Positions 24,022 through 33,358 are shown, counted from the stretch's first letter. The stretch is DNA of 64,000 nt from an uncultured Pseudomonadales bacterium (GCA_964630755.1 CAZVYS010000001.1:25893-89892); one strand, 5' to 3'. Numbers and translations: made by a program. Notes: generated by a model not told the origin, from the sequence alone.

Positions 24022-25434
24022 TTATCCTGTAGGGAGACTCCTTCCAGTTTTGCTGTCCCGATTTGGCCGTTGGCCAGATCTCCTGTCAAGGAGTCTCCCT
24101 CCAACTCTCATTAGAGATCTAGTTACTATGACTCCTGTAAACAAACTAATAATCACTCCAATAAACAAAGTTAAGGCAAAGCCTTTGACCATTCCAGAAG
24201 TATTTAGAAAGTTAAAGTTAAAAGGATTAATTAAGACTAAGCTTGTAATGATTGTGGCAAGATTGGCATCTTTGATTGAGTCCCAAGCTCGACCAAAACC
24301 CAATTCTAAAGAAACAGCAAAAGACCGACCAGCTCTTAACTCTTCTTTGAGTCTTTCAAAAATTAAGATATTTGAGTCAACGGCCATGCCGACTGACAAA
24401 ATAAAACCGGCAATGCCTGGTAAAGTTAAGGTAACTGGAATTAATTTATAAATAGTTAAAGTAATCAAACCATAAATTAATAAAGCAATATTAGCTAACA
24501 TTCCGTTTAGTCCGTATAGCAAAACCATAAAAAGCATAACTAAGCCTAAACCAATGGCTCCAGCAGTGATTGATTTAGTGATTGAGGCTTCTCCCAAGGT
24601 AGCGGAAATGTTTTTTTGTTCAACAACCTTAATAGGAACTGGTAAAGCCCCAGCGTTAAGCATGATAGATAATTCTGAAGCGGTTTCGGGGGTAAAGTTG
24701 CCAGAAATGACGGCTCGACCATCAAGAATTGGCTCGTTAACCATGGGTGAAGTAACTAAACGGTTATCTAGGAAAATAGCGACTGGTCGGTTTAAATTAC
24801 GAGAGGTAATGTCGGCAAATTGCTTTTTGCCTTCTTCTGAAAACTCTAAAGCAACTACTGGTTGATTGGCGGCTGATTGACCCTGAGAAAATTGGACTGA
24901 GGCTTTTTTTAGATCTTTGCCAGTCAAGCCGGTAGAAGTAAAGTTGAAAATACGGGTAAAAGCTGATGGGCTAGCGTAATTAACTTCAGCTGAATCAGTA
25001 GCAGTATCTTCCCTGAAATCTAACTGGGCAGTTTGACCGATTAAGTTAATAGCCGTAGATATATCCTGAATTCCAGGAAGCTCAACAATAATCCGGTATG
25101 AATCATCATGAATAGAAGTTTGTATTGATGGCTCTGACACCCCGTAGAGATCAACCCGGCGAGAGATAATTTCTTTTGAAGAGTTAATAGCATCAGGGAT
25201 ATCTTCTTTTTGAAGTGAGGACATATCTGCCTCTAAAACTAGATGAGTACCACCTTGAAGATCAAGTCCTTTTTTTAATTCAAGAGTTCGAGAGTTAATG
25301 GTAATTTTGGGAATATTAAAGTTTATTTCTCGATTTTTAATCTTAAAATTGACTGGAATAGCAGGAAGGTTGAGATAAAGGCAGACTAAAACTAGAAGTA
25401 TAATAAACCACAATCGGCGGACAGAATTTTTCAT
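24022..25434 (-). CDS. secD: protein translocase subunit SecD (C-terminal approximately 25 aa derived from palindromic elements)
   Basis: SecD periplasmic domain plus six C-terminal transmembrane helices. The C-terminal tail ...RRSGQRPNRDSKTGRSLPTG is encoded by the repeat block. Confidence 0.8.
   Translation of the reverse strand: MKNSVRRLWFIILLVLVCLYLNLPAIPVNFKIKNREINFNIPKITINSRTLELKKGLDLQGGTHLVLEADMSSLQKEDIPDAINSSKEIISRRVDLYGVSEPSIQTSIHDDSYRIIVELPGIQDISTAINLIGQTAQLDFREDTATDSAEVNYASPSAFTRIFNFTSTGLTGKDLKKASVQFSQGQSAANQPVVALEFSEEGKKQFADITSRNLNRPVAIFLDNRLVTSPMVNEPILDGRAVISGNFTPETASELSIMLNAGALPVPIKVVEQKNISATLGEASITKSITAGAIGLGLVMLFMVLLYGLNGMLANIALLIYGLITLTIYKLIPVTLTLPGIAGFILSVGMAVDSNILIFERLKEELRAGRSFAVSLELGFGRAWDSIKDANLATIITSLVLINPFNFNFLNTSGMVKGFALTLFIGVIISLFTGVIVTRSLMRVGGRLLDRRSGQRPNRDSKTGRSLPTG
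24026..24104. repeat. composite of two palindromic element copies (CCTGTAGGGAGACTCCTTCCAG and CCTGTCAAGGAGTCTCCCTCCAA) around a GGCCGTTGGCC palindrome, at the secD/secF junction
   Basis: GGAGACTCC / GGAGTCTCC cores. The whole block is in-frame with secD and forms its last approximately 25 codons. Confidence 0.7.
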
Positions 25435-25619
25435 TTTTCCGAAATAGAGCTTTCCAAAGACAACTGTTTAGCGCCCTTAAAAGTATAAATTACTTGACCA
25501 GTGTCTAGCTTAGTTTTAACTTTCACATTATCTCCAATTTTAATGCCAACTGATTTAACAAATTTTGACGGGACAGTAACGCCGACTGAGTTGCCGACCT
25601 TCATGACCTTATTTAACAT
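25431..25619 (-). CDS. AbrB/MazE/SpoVT-family small DNA-binding protein (swapped-hairpin)
   Basis: MKVGNSVGVTVPSKFVKSVGIKIGDNVKV matches the AbrB/MazE KxGNSxxVxIPK...GD.V core. Stop overlaps the secD start (ATGA-type coupling). Confidence 0.5.
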   Translation of the reverse strand: MLNKVMKVGNSVGVTVPSKFVKSVGIKIGDNVKVKTKLDTGQVIYTFKGAKQLSLESSISEK

Positions 25620-25635
25620 ATGTAAACGCTATTCA

Positions 25636-25700
25636 TTAAGGTCCGGCCTTTAAGCTAAAGCTTCAAGAACAGACCTTGCTCCTTTCAGGAGACCATCTCC
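25636..25700. repeat. cluster of short palindromes (TTAAGGTCCGGCCTTTAA, CTCCTTTCAGGAG, GGAGACCATCTCC), possibly degenerate element copies or a terminator
   Basis: Inverted repeats seen directly. The arms and core resemble the dispersed element. Overlaps the last codons of the 25685-26269 gene. Confidence 0.3.
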
Positions 25701-26269
25701 TCTTCATCGCCTATAAGCATGACTCGACCTGATGAAAGAATTTTTTGTAAAAACGGGTCTCTTCTAGATTTACGGAACTCGAATTCTTCTAAAGTCATTG
25801 GAGCATAATTAATTTCTTTTTCTCGTTTTGATTCTGCTCTTCGCACTAGTTTATTTAGCTCACTAACGACAACGCTACCGACTAATAATAAATCGATATC
25901 GTCGTCTGCTTTTCGAGGCATTTGACGAGCATAACGACCGGCTAACATGGCAAATTTTACATTTCCAAGTTTATTTTTATGCTTGATAATGTCCGCGCCT
26001 AAACCTGTGGTTTTTGCAACTAAACTAATTAATTCTTGATAAAAAGGATAAGTTTTAATAAAAAAGTAATAAAGCCGATTGGCTCGAGGCTCTTTTTTAA
26101 CCATGCCTCTTTCTTCCATTCTTTTTAGTTCTCTTCTAACAGCGTTTATTTCTTCGTTAGTTTTTCTAACTAACTCACGAACGTAATAAATTTCTGAAGG
26201 ATCTTTAAGAAAAACTTGAATTAATTTAACTCTAACCTTTGAGACAAATAAATCTTTCAGGCTGGCCAT
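25685..26269 (-). CDS. winged-helix domain fused to a minimal nucleotidyltransferase (MNT-like) domain
   Basis: N-terminal HTH-like YYVRELVRKTNEEINAVRRELKRMEERG; C-terminal LAGRYARQMPRKADDDIDLLLVG, matching the GSxARG...DhDhhh nucleotidyltransferase signature. Confidence 0.4.
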   Translation of the reverse strand: MASLKDLFVSKVRVKLIQVFLKDPSEIYYVRELVRKTNEEINAVRRELKRMEERGMVKKEPRANRLYYFFIKTYPFYQELISLVAKTTGLGADIIKHKNKLGNVKFAMLAGRYARQMPRKADDDIDLLLVGSVVVSELNKLVRRAESKREKEINYAPMTLEEFEFRKSRRDPFLQKILSSGRVMLIGDEEEMVS

Positions 26270-26299
26270 AGGCCTCCTTTTAGGCAGGAAACAATATTG

Positions 26300-27496
26300 T
26301 TAATAACTAACTTTCGTTCCAGTAGGCAGACCAGAAATCCAGATTTTACCTGGGTTAAACTGAACCTCTTTGCCTTTTGAATCATAAAAGACAGTTTTTC
26401 TTAGACGGCTGACTTTACTAAAGGTTCCAGTTTCGACTTGACCATTTTTGATAATCAAGGCCTTGCCTTTACCAATGGTGCCATACAATAAATGGACATT
26501 GCCTGGATAACCATCGTTAGCTGACCTTTCAGTCATAAACTGAATAACTAAGTTTTTGGTAGTTAACTGTTGATCGACATTTAAGTCCATATGGGGCTTC
26601 CCACCATTGAGGCGCTTATAAAGATTGTTTTCTTTGTCATATTGCCAGCTAACTTCGTACATGGCATCATCCCAAAAATTATAATCTATAGATTGAGTGT
26701 CCTCTCTATCAGCAAAGTCTGGTTCTTTTTTTGAAAAACTCCAACTAACGTAACCGTCGATCCATTCTTCTTCATCTGGATCAAGATTGGTGTAGTCTCT
26801 TTTTTTACCAGCTTGCCAAAGTTTTTCTGTGGTACTGTACATGGTATGTTCGGTGGCGACTGTGCGCCCAAGTCTTTCATAATCACGCCAAAAAGTAGGA
26901 TAGCCAATTGAAAATTGATTTAGATCATTAGCGCCTGACCAGCCATAATCTGAAATTTGGCCAAGGGCATTAGCTGGTCCTGGAGTGTTGGCGCCACCAA
27001 CGTGGGCATATAATGGAACGTTGTATTCAGAAGCCCAGTCTAAAAAGTAAGTACGAGCACTTCTGACTGGACCAAGGATAGATTCATAGGCGGCTGCTTG
27101 ACAGTAATATATCGCCATAAAGCGAGTGATGCCGCCTTCGGCAACTGCTTCGTAAACAATGTCAGCGTCTGAAATGCCAGATTGAGGCCTTGATTCTTCA
27201 TGGTTCTCGATCATGACGGCGAGTGGACGACGAGATTCCCAAATAGATTTCTCTGCTTTGGTAAATTTGGCTCCGTTTAATGGACAAGATTCTGATTGTG
27301 AACCAGTGATATCAATAAGGGCTTTTCTGTTAGAATTCTCGTCGCTTTCCTGATCTTGTTTTCCACTTGGTAAAGGAGAAGTGAAGATAGTGCCACTGCC
27401 ATAAGCAGAAAAGACAGCGTAAGATAATCCAGTGGATAATAAATAAATACCTAAGCTTAATAGTATTAAAAGAGCTTTTTTCTTTTTGTTTTCCAT
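26300..27496 (-). CDS. secreted protein of unknown function (signal peptide; possibly a YerB/DUF3048-like lipoprotein family)
   Basis: N-terminal hydrophobic signal, no catalytic motif recognised. The family assignment is only a recollection. Confidence 0.3.
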   Translation of the reverse strand: MENKKKKALLILLSLGIYLLSTGLSYAVFSAYGSGTIFTSPLPSGKQDQESDENSNRKALIDITGSQSESCPLNGAKFTKAEKSIWESRRPLAVMIENHEESRPQSGISDADIVYEAVAEGGITRFMAIYYCQAAAYESILGPVRSARTYFLDWASEYNVPLYAHVGGANTPGPANALGQISDYGWSGANDLNQFSIGYPTFWRDYERLGRTVATEHTMYSTTEKLWQAGKKRDYTNLDPDEEEWIDGYVSWSFSKKEPDFADREDTQSIDYNFWDDAMYEVSWQYDKENNLYKRLNGGKPHMDLNVDQQLTTKNLVIQFMTERSANDGYPGNVHLLYGTIGKGKALIIKNGQVETGTFSKVSRLRKTVFYDSKGKEVQFNPGKIWISGLPTGTKVSY

Positions 27497-27512
27497 ATGA
27501 ATCCTTAATTAT

Positions 27513-27995
27513 TTATTTGGCATTTTTAATAGCTTTTTTTTCTTCTTCTGATAATTTAGAGCCTTCGGGTTGGCCGTTTCTAATTGTTTTGGCGTAAAAC
27601 CGAGTAGTGTCTCTTGAGTGTAATGAGCTTAGCACAAAACCAGTATCTTTTTCATCTAGTAAACTTAAACTAAAGCTTTGATCGCCTCCTGTTTGAGGAA
27701 AGGGATTAAAACGAACAAAGCCTATTTTTTGGATATGGGCTTCCATGCCTTTACGAGCTTTTTTTAGAGCCGCAGTTAAATTTGTTAAATCTTTTTGGTT
27801 AAGATCAACTTTGTTTAAAATCTCAGTTAAGACTGTTTTTAAGTCTTTTTTGGTAATATTTTTTGTTAACTTTTTATAATGAACAATCGAGCGGATTAGA
27901 AAAATAGTTAAAACGACTATCCACAATAATAGTCCCAAAACAACCCATTGAATGATATTGGAATCGAGTACCATATGTTTTCGATTTTGATGCAT
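27513..27995 (-). CDS. hypothetical membrane-anchored protein (N-terminal transmembrane helix, coiled-coil-like remainder)
   Basis: VVLGLLLWIVVLTIFLI transmembrane segment. No conserved motif recognised. Confidence 0.3.
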   Translation of the reverse strand: MHQNRKHMVLDSNIIQWVVLGLLLWIVVLTIFLIRSIVHYKKLTKNITKKDLKTVLTEILNKVDLNQKDLTNLTAALKKARKGMEAHIQKIGFVRFNPFPQTGGDQSFSLSLLDEKDTGFVLSSLHSRDTTRFYAKTIRNGQPEGSKLSEEEKKAIKNAK

Positions 27996-28231
27996 TTATT
28001 GAGATTTGTCAACGGGATACAAACAGATATAATAATCTTATGACAAAAAGACGAACTAAGAAGCAAAAAATCAAAGCAAGAGAGAGAAAACATATTTACA
28101 AATATAAGCCAGAAGAAAAAATAACTCGGGTTCAAGAGAATGGAACAAAAAAACTAATAATTAAAGATCTATTAAAAACTGTGTCAGTGACAATAATATT
28201 AATTGGATTGCTGATGGGAATATTTATTTTC

Positions 28232-29314
28232 TTAAACTAGCAATTTGCCGGCTTTAAGAATTGGCTTGTGATTTACTAAGACGACCGAGCTGCTGGATTT
28301 CATTGATTTGACTAAGTCCCAATGAATAGCGGACTGATTGATGCCACCACCTTGTTTTTCAGGAAAAGCGCTTCCTAAGGCCATATGAATAGTGCCACTA
28401 ATTTTTTCATCAAATAAGGTATTTAACATCGGTTTTGTGATACCTGGATTGGCGCCAATGGCAAATTCGCCTAAACGTTTGGCGCCAGGATCGGTTTTTA
28501 GGGCGGCATGAAGATATTTTTCCCCAATTTCTGAAGAGGCTTTAACTACTTTTCCTTTTTTAAAAGTAAGACTAACTCCCTTAACCACATGGCCAGATCT
28601 TAAAGAAGGTATGTCAAAGAAAACTTGACCTTCGGCGCTCTGATCATTTGGAGCCCCAAAGACTTCGCCATCTGGCATGTTGTGAGTACCTGAACAGGCT
28701 TCAAAATACCTGTTAGTAAAACTTAGCTTGAGTTGTGTTTTGAATCCTAAAACCTCAACTATTTTGGCATTGTCTAGAGTTTTTTTGAGATTAGTCAGCT
28801 TTTGGCTAATTTTTTTCCAATCTTGCAAACAGGCTTTAAAGTATAAATCCTCTAATTCAGTTAAAGACATGTTGGCAGTTTGAGCCATAGATAAACTGGG
28901 AAATTCGGTTAAAACCCAAGGTTTTTTTAGAATTATCTTTCTAAGAGGTGGGTTAACCACTTTTGAGCGAGTCATTAATCTTTGAGGATCAATATTAGCT
29001 AAAGTGCGATTGTTTTTGGTTGAGTATAAACGAATAATTTTATCAGCCCATTTATAAAGAAAAATGGCAATTTCTGGTTTGTTAGTTAATTGAGAAAGAT
29101 TTGCGTTTTTGAAAAAGAAAAAATCAAGGTCTTGATTGTCATATATTATGTGAGGATAAGCACCTTTGGTTAAAGATAGTTTGTAGACTTCCTTGACTAA
29201 AGGCCATGAAGCCTGATTGGCGTTAATTAAAACTTTATCGCTTTTTTTTACTTTAACAGAATAGTCAACTAGTATTTTTGCTAACTTTTTAACTTTTGGA
29301 TCAGTCATAGTCAT
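28232..29314 (-). CDS. aminopeptidase, M29 (AmpS/PepS) family
   Basis: The N-terminus LAKILVDYSVKVKKSDKVLI and overall length match thermophilic-type M29 aminopeptidases. Moderate. Confidence 0.5.
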   Translation of the reverse strand: MTMTDPKVKKLAKILVDYSVKVKKSDKVLINANQASWPLVKEVYKLSLTKGAYPHIIYDNQDLDFFFFKNANLSQLTNKPEIAIFLYKWADKIIRLYSTKNNRTLANIDPQRLMTRSKVVNPPLRKIILKKPWVLTEFPSLSMAQTANMSLTELEDLYFKACLQDWKKISQKLTNLKKTLDNAKIVEVLGFKTQLKLSFTNRYFEACSGTHNMPDGEVFGAPNDQSAEGQVFFDIPSLRSGHVVKGVSLTFKKGKVVKASSEIGEKYLHAALKTDPGAKRLGEFAIGANPGITKPMLNTLFDEKISGTIHMALGSAFPEKQGGGINQSAIHWDLVKSMKSSSSVVLVNHKPILKAGKLLV

Positions 29315-29903
29315 GTATTTTAAAGTAATTGACTAGTTTTTTAAAGGCTCTGGCTCGATGGCTAACTTGATTTTTCTTAGAATCTGGTATTTCAGCAAAG
29401 GTTTTATTTAGATCTTTTGATAGAAAAATTGAGTCATAGCCAAAACCATGATTGCCTTTTTCATGTAAAGAGATGTAGCCACGAGAAATACCAGTAAAGG
29501 TTTTGATCTTGTTACTAGATGGATCAAATAAAGCTAAGGTGCATTTAAATTGAGCGGTTCGTTGAGGCTTTGGAACTACTTTAAGTAATTGAAGTATATG
29601 GTTTCTTGCTTGTTGATGACCATGCTTTGCGAATCGATGAGAATGAACTCCAGGTTGACCATTAAGATGGTCTACCATTAAGCCAGAATCATCAGCTAGA
29701 GTTAGAGATTTTGCAATTTGTCCAAAGCCAACTGCTTTTAAAACAGCATTTTGTTTAAATGATTTACCGGTTTCTTTAATGTTGAAGGTTTTTGGGATTG
29801 ATGAAATCTGATCAAGATTGACAATCTTGAAGTTAAGGTTGCTCAGTAGAGACTTGAATTCTTTTAATTTATGCTGATTCCTAGTGGCAATAAGTAGTTT
29901 CAT
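29301..29903 (-). CDS. rdgB: non-canonical purine NTP pyrophosphatase (RdgB/HAM1)
   Basis: MKLLIATRNQHKLKEF start and (F)GYDSIF... motifs typical of the Ham1 family. Confidence 0.8.
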   Translation of the reverse strand: MKLLIATRNQHKLKEFKSLLSNLNFKIVNLDQISSIPKTFNIKETGKSFKQNAVLKAVGFGQIAKSLTLADDSGLMVDHLNGQPGVHSHRFAKHGHQQARNHILQLLKVVPKPQRTAQFKCTLALFDPSSNKIKTFTGISRGYISLHEKGNHGFGYDSIFLSKDLNKTFAEIPDSKKNQVSHRARAFKKLVNYFKIHDYD

Positions 29904-30543
29904 TAAACATAAGCTAACTCAAAAAGGTTGGAAACACAAGGTAAGATTAAGTTATAATAAATCTATGCTCGAAACTGATGGAAAATGGAAAATAGTGGCA
30001 ATGTTAAAAATGGCTTCTTTGGGGCTGGTGGTAGTGGTGGCAATATTAGTTTTTTTTACTTTTAGAAAAAATGCTCAAATTAATCAAGCTCAACCAAAAA
30101 CTGGCTTTGCTAGTTTAATTACTGATGGAGCTGACGGAGCTATTTTAACCATTCCTTATCAACAAACCTTGTATAAGCATTTTGGAAATGCAATAAATCC
30201 TCAGGTTAATTTACCGGTTAAAACAATTACCGGTTATAAAGAGTTTGAGTTTTTAATTGATTCTGGAGCAGTAGTGTCGGCACTGCCTAATACTTTGGCT
30301 GAAGATTTGGGAGTAGATCTAACAGATCTACCAAGAATTACGATTGAAGGATTTGCTGGACAAAAAACATTTGCTTATAAAGGAGAGTTTGTAGTTAAGA
30401 TTGGTGATGAAGAATCGATTATTCCGGTAGTTTTTTCAGAAAACTCTCAGGCTAATAATATCTTGGGAAGAATTGGGTTTTTTGATCAATTTAATATTGA
30501 GTTTAATGCTGAGTCTCAACAAATAACAATTAGTCATAAGTAA
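29884..30543 (+). CDS. membrane-anchored retropepsin-like aspartic protease (clan AA)
   Basis: N-terminal transmembrane helix, then FEFLIDSGAVVSALP (D-S/T-G-A active site) and a C-terminal ILGRIGFFDQF dimerisation-like segment. Confidence 0.5.
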   Translation: MAISSFIKHKLTQKGWKHKVRLSYNKSMLETDGKWKIVAMLKMASLGLVVVVAILVFFTFRKNAQINQAQPKTGFASLITDGADGAILTIPYQQTLYKHFGNAINPQVNLPVKTITGYKEFEFLIDSGAVVSALPNTLAEDLGVDLTDLPRITIEGFAGQKTFAYKGEFVVKIGDEESIIPVVFSENSQANNILGRIGFFDQFNIEFNAESQQITISHK

Positions 30544-30544
30544 T

Positions 30545-31363
30545 ATGAGAAAAAGAAAAAAAATTCTTCACTGGTTTTATAAGCTTTCCTGGAAAAAACT
30601 AATGGGCGTTTCGATGCTAGCATTAACAGCTGCAGTCCTACCAACTGCCTTAAATGTAGCTTTAAATCCAACTCGAACTAGATCTGAGGCAGCTTTGTTG
30701 CCTCAAACTCAACCAATATCGACGGAGTTTGAAGTGCCAACTGGACCACCTGCTATCTATTTAGTGGATCATTTCTTTGGAAAACCTGGTGATGCTGTCT
30801 TAGTTCACGGAGAAAATTTAGGTGGCTTGCATGAAAACTCATGGGTTAGTTTAGCAGGAGAAAAAATAGCGATAGATAATTTGGTTAGCTGGACGGGGAG
30901 TTATATTGAATTTAAGGTGCCTGATACGGCTAAGTCTGGAAGGGTTGAAGTAAGTATTCTGGGTAAACAAGCAAACTGGAGTGGGATGTTTTTTGTAACA
31001 GATGTAAAAACCAAAGCAGAATTAAGATTAGCAGATGGTTATTTGAAGGCAAGCGAAATTCAGGGAGGAAAAAATTTATTAGTATGGTTTTTGATAATTA
31101 GAGGTGAGGGCGAAGTGACAATTACACCAGTTAATAAAGTTAAGGCTACTACTAAAGAAATTGATTTGCCAATTGGGAAAGTTTACCAAGTGAATATTGA
31201 CTTAAATAGTGAATTAACTAACGCTTCTAAAGACAGTTTGGTTAATTTGGTAAAAGTAGATAAAAGTGAGGATGTGTTAGTCGGAATTGCTCGAGGTGAA
31301 CTAGAAAATGGCAAAGGCGAACTAGTCCCCTTGCAGGCTCATCCTTTATACGTTAGCTTTTGA
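30545..31363 (+). CDS. hypothetical exported protein with an IPT/TIG-like Ig domain
   Basis: Signal/transmembrane N-terminus. PAIYLVDHFFGKPGDAVLVHGENLG...IEFKVPDTAKSGRVEV resembles IPT/TIG. Confidence 0.3.
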   Translation: MRKRKKILHWFYKLSWKKLMGVSMLALTAAVLPTALNVALNPTRTRSEAALLPQTQPISTEFEVPTGPPAIYLVDHFFGKPGDAVLVHGENLGGLHENSWVSLAGEKIAIDNLVSWTGSYIEFKVPDTAKSGRVEVSILGKQANWSGMFFVTDVKTKAELRLADGYLKASEIQGGKNLLVWFLIIRGEGEVTITPVNKVKATTKEIDLPIGKVYQVNIDLNSELTNASKDSLVNLVKVDKSEDVLVGIARGELENGKGELVPLQAHPLYVSF

Positions 31364-31369
31364 AGCTAG

Positions 31370-31849
31370 ATGCTAAAAATAAAGCCAGAAAAACAAAACA
31401 CTTCTTATAGTTGTGGGCCGGTATCTTTGAAAATGATTCTTAACTATTATGGAGTTAATCGATCAGAAAAAAGCTTAATAAAACTAGCTAGCGCTAGAAA
31501 AGGATATGGATGTGATCCTGATGATTTAGTGCAAGCGGCTGAAAAACTTGGCTTTAAGGCAATATATAAACAAAACAGTTCAATCAAAGAAATAAAACAC
31601 TATTTAAGTAAAAAAATACCAGTAATCGTAGACTGGTTTTCACCAACTGCCTTGGGTCATTATTCTGTGGTTGTTGGTCTTGATAGGAAAAATTTAATTT
31701 ATGCTGACCCTCAATTTGGAAGAATTAAGAAAATGAAAGTTGATCAATTTGAAAATAGATGGTTTGAACTAGACGATTATCCGCCAAAAAATCAAGCCAA
31801 ATTTGCTTTGAGGGAAATAGTAGTGGTATTTCCGAAGTTAGAAAATTAA
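31370..31849 (+). CDS. peptidase C39-like domain protein (stand-alone)
   Basis: SYSCGPVSLKMILNYYG (catalytic Cys), a downstream GHYSVVVG (His) and D, as in bacteriocin-processing C39 peptidase domains. Confidence 0.5.
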   Translation: MLKIKPEKQNTSYSCGPVSLKMILNYYGVNRSEKSLIKLASARKGYGCDPDDLVQAAEKLGFKAIYKQNSSIKEIKHYLSKKIPVIVDWFSPTALGHYSVVVGLDRKNLIYADPQFGRIKKMKVDQFENRWFELDDYPPKNQAKFALREIVVVFPKLEN

Positions 31850-32575
31850 AACAACTAGGCCTAAGATAAGGCAGTAAAACCCAAAGTAATGAAGCTTACC
31901 TTTAATAACAAAACGCTTGAGCATCTTTAAGGCAATTAGGCCAGAGATAAAGGCAGTGGTAAAGCCAGTTAGTAAGATTGGAAATTGTGATGAAGGGAAA
32001 TTGCTAATTTTATTTAACTGCAGTATTTGGGCGCCAAAAATGGCTGGCAAACTAAGCAAAAAAGAGAAATTAAAGGCTTTTGCTGGCGAAAGACCTAGAT
32101 GCATACCAGTAATAATGGTGCTACCAGATCTTGAGATGCCGGGGATAATGGCTAGGGCTTGAGAAAAACCGATTAAAAAAGAGTTTTTATAATTTAACTT
32201 TATTTTTGGGGCTTTTCTTATTAATTTGGTTGAAAAAAGGAAAGCACTTGTGACAAGTAGAGCAAAACCGACTATTCTGAGAGAGCTAAATAATTGTTCC
32301 ATCTTGGAGTTTAGTAATAATCCAAACACAGCAGCTGGAAGACTAGCTAAAATGATTAGCTTTATCTTTTTTATAGTGATCTTAGTTAAACTTTCAAAGA
32401 CAACAATGATGACTGCCAAAGAAGTACCAAGATGCACTAAGACATCAAAAAAGATAGGGGCTTTTGACAATTGGAATAAGTGTTGAGCAATAACTAAATG
32501 GCCTGAACTAGAAATCGGCAAAAACTCGGTTAAGCCTTGAATCAGGCCTAATAAAAAACTTTGATAAAAAGTCAT
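31838..32575 (-). CDS. uppP: undecaprenyl-diphosphatase (BacA/UppP)
   Basis: N-terminal GLTEFLPISSSGHL motif and 8-transmembrane topology. Confidence 0.85.
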   Translation of the reverse strand: MTFYQSFLLGLIQGLTEFLPISSSGHLVIAQHLFQLSKAPIFFDVLVHLGTSLAVIIVVFESLTKITIKKIKLIILASLPAAVFGLLLNSKMEQLFSSLRIVGFALLVTSAFLFSTKLIRKAPKIKLNYKNSFLIGFSQALAIIPGISRSGSTIITGMHLGLSPAKAFNFSFLLSLPAIFGAQILQLNKISNFPSSQFPILLTGFTTAFISGLIALKMLKRFVIKGKLHYFGFYCLILGLVVLIF

Positions 32576-32579
32576 TTAG

Positions 32580-33284
32580 TTATTTTGCCTTTTGTTGTTT
32601 TTGATACCAATCCATTAATAGTTTTGAAACTAGATCTTTAGCGCCTAAGCCAATGCTTAGACCAATGCCAAGAGTTAAAGTAGCGATTACTCCAATAAAT
32701 AAAGTATTAATTAGACTTTGAGCAATACCAAGTTCGTTAATAGCGGCAAGGCTGGTAACGATAACTACTAAATAACTAGCAATTTTGCTTAATAGCCGAC
32801 TGGTTCTTTTATCAACTTGATTAACAGTGCCTTTAACTAAGTTTTCAACTAAACCGGCTAATAATACTCCAACAGATAAGACCAATACAGCTGAAATTAT
32901 GTTGGGTAAATATCCTAGCAGCGAACTTAAAACACCAGAAACGGTAGTTAAGCCTAAAACGTTAGCCGCTGCCATAAAGAAAACTATGATTACTAACCAA
33001 CGGACTATTTGACCGATAAATTCTTCAGCTTTAACTCGGACTTCAGCTTTTTTGAGATATGAATCTAAACCACCTTTTCTTAGTAACTTATCTAACTTAA
33101 TAGCGCTTAAGATTTTAACAATTAAAGCTTTGCTCCATTTTGCTAAAACTAGTCCAAAAAAGAAAATAACAAGAGCTCCTAAGAAACTGGGAAGAAAACC
33201 AAAAAAACCGCTGAGGACATTAGCGCCAGCAATTAAAACGGCTTCTTGCCAGTTCGAAACGGCTCCAAATGAATATGAGGGCAT
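32580..33284 (-). CDS. polytopic membrane protein with conserved transmembrane-helix repeats (MscS N-terminal-like)
   Basis: Multiple hydrophobic helices; repeated Gly-rich transmembrane segments. Shine-Dalgarno GGAGGTG upstream. Confidence 0.3.
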   Translation of the reverse strand: MPSYSFGAVSNWQEAVLIAGANVLSGFFGFLPSFLGALVIFFFGLVLAKWSKALIVKILSAIKLDKLLRKGGLDSYLKKAEVRVKAEEFIGQIVRWLVIIVFFMAAANVLGLTTVSGVLSSLLGYLPNIISAVLVLSVGVLLAGLVENLVKGTVNQVDKRTSRLLSKIASYLVVIVTSLAAINELGIAQSLINTLFIGVIATLTLGIGLSIGLGAKDLVSKLLMDWYQKQQKAK

Positions 33285-33358
33285 ATTATTTCACCTCCCT
33301 TCTATTAGTTTTATTATGTAAAGAGGAGGCCAAGAAGTCAAATGAAGTTGATTTTTCT

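Noticed and set aside
24019-24104. N-terminal extension of SecF (MEGDSLTGDLANGQIGTAKLEGVSLQDNH...) in the ORF track
   Set aside because: The extension is simply the palindromic element block read in another frame. A better start (ATG at 24018 with an AGGA Shine-Dalgarno) gives a normal SecF N-terminus.
28040-28240. A 66-aa ORF (basic N-terminus plus one transmembrane helix) between two minus-strand genes
   Set aside because: It has no Shine-Dalgarno and is low complexity and lysine-rich at the N-terminus, as expected from AT-rich non-coding DNA. It is retained only as a remote possibility of a small membrane protein.
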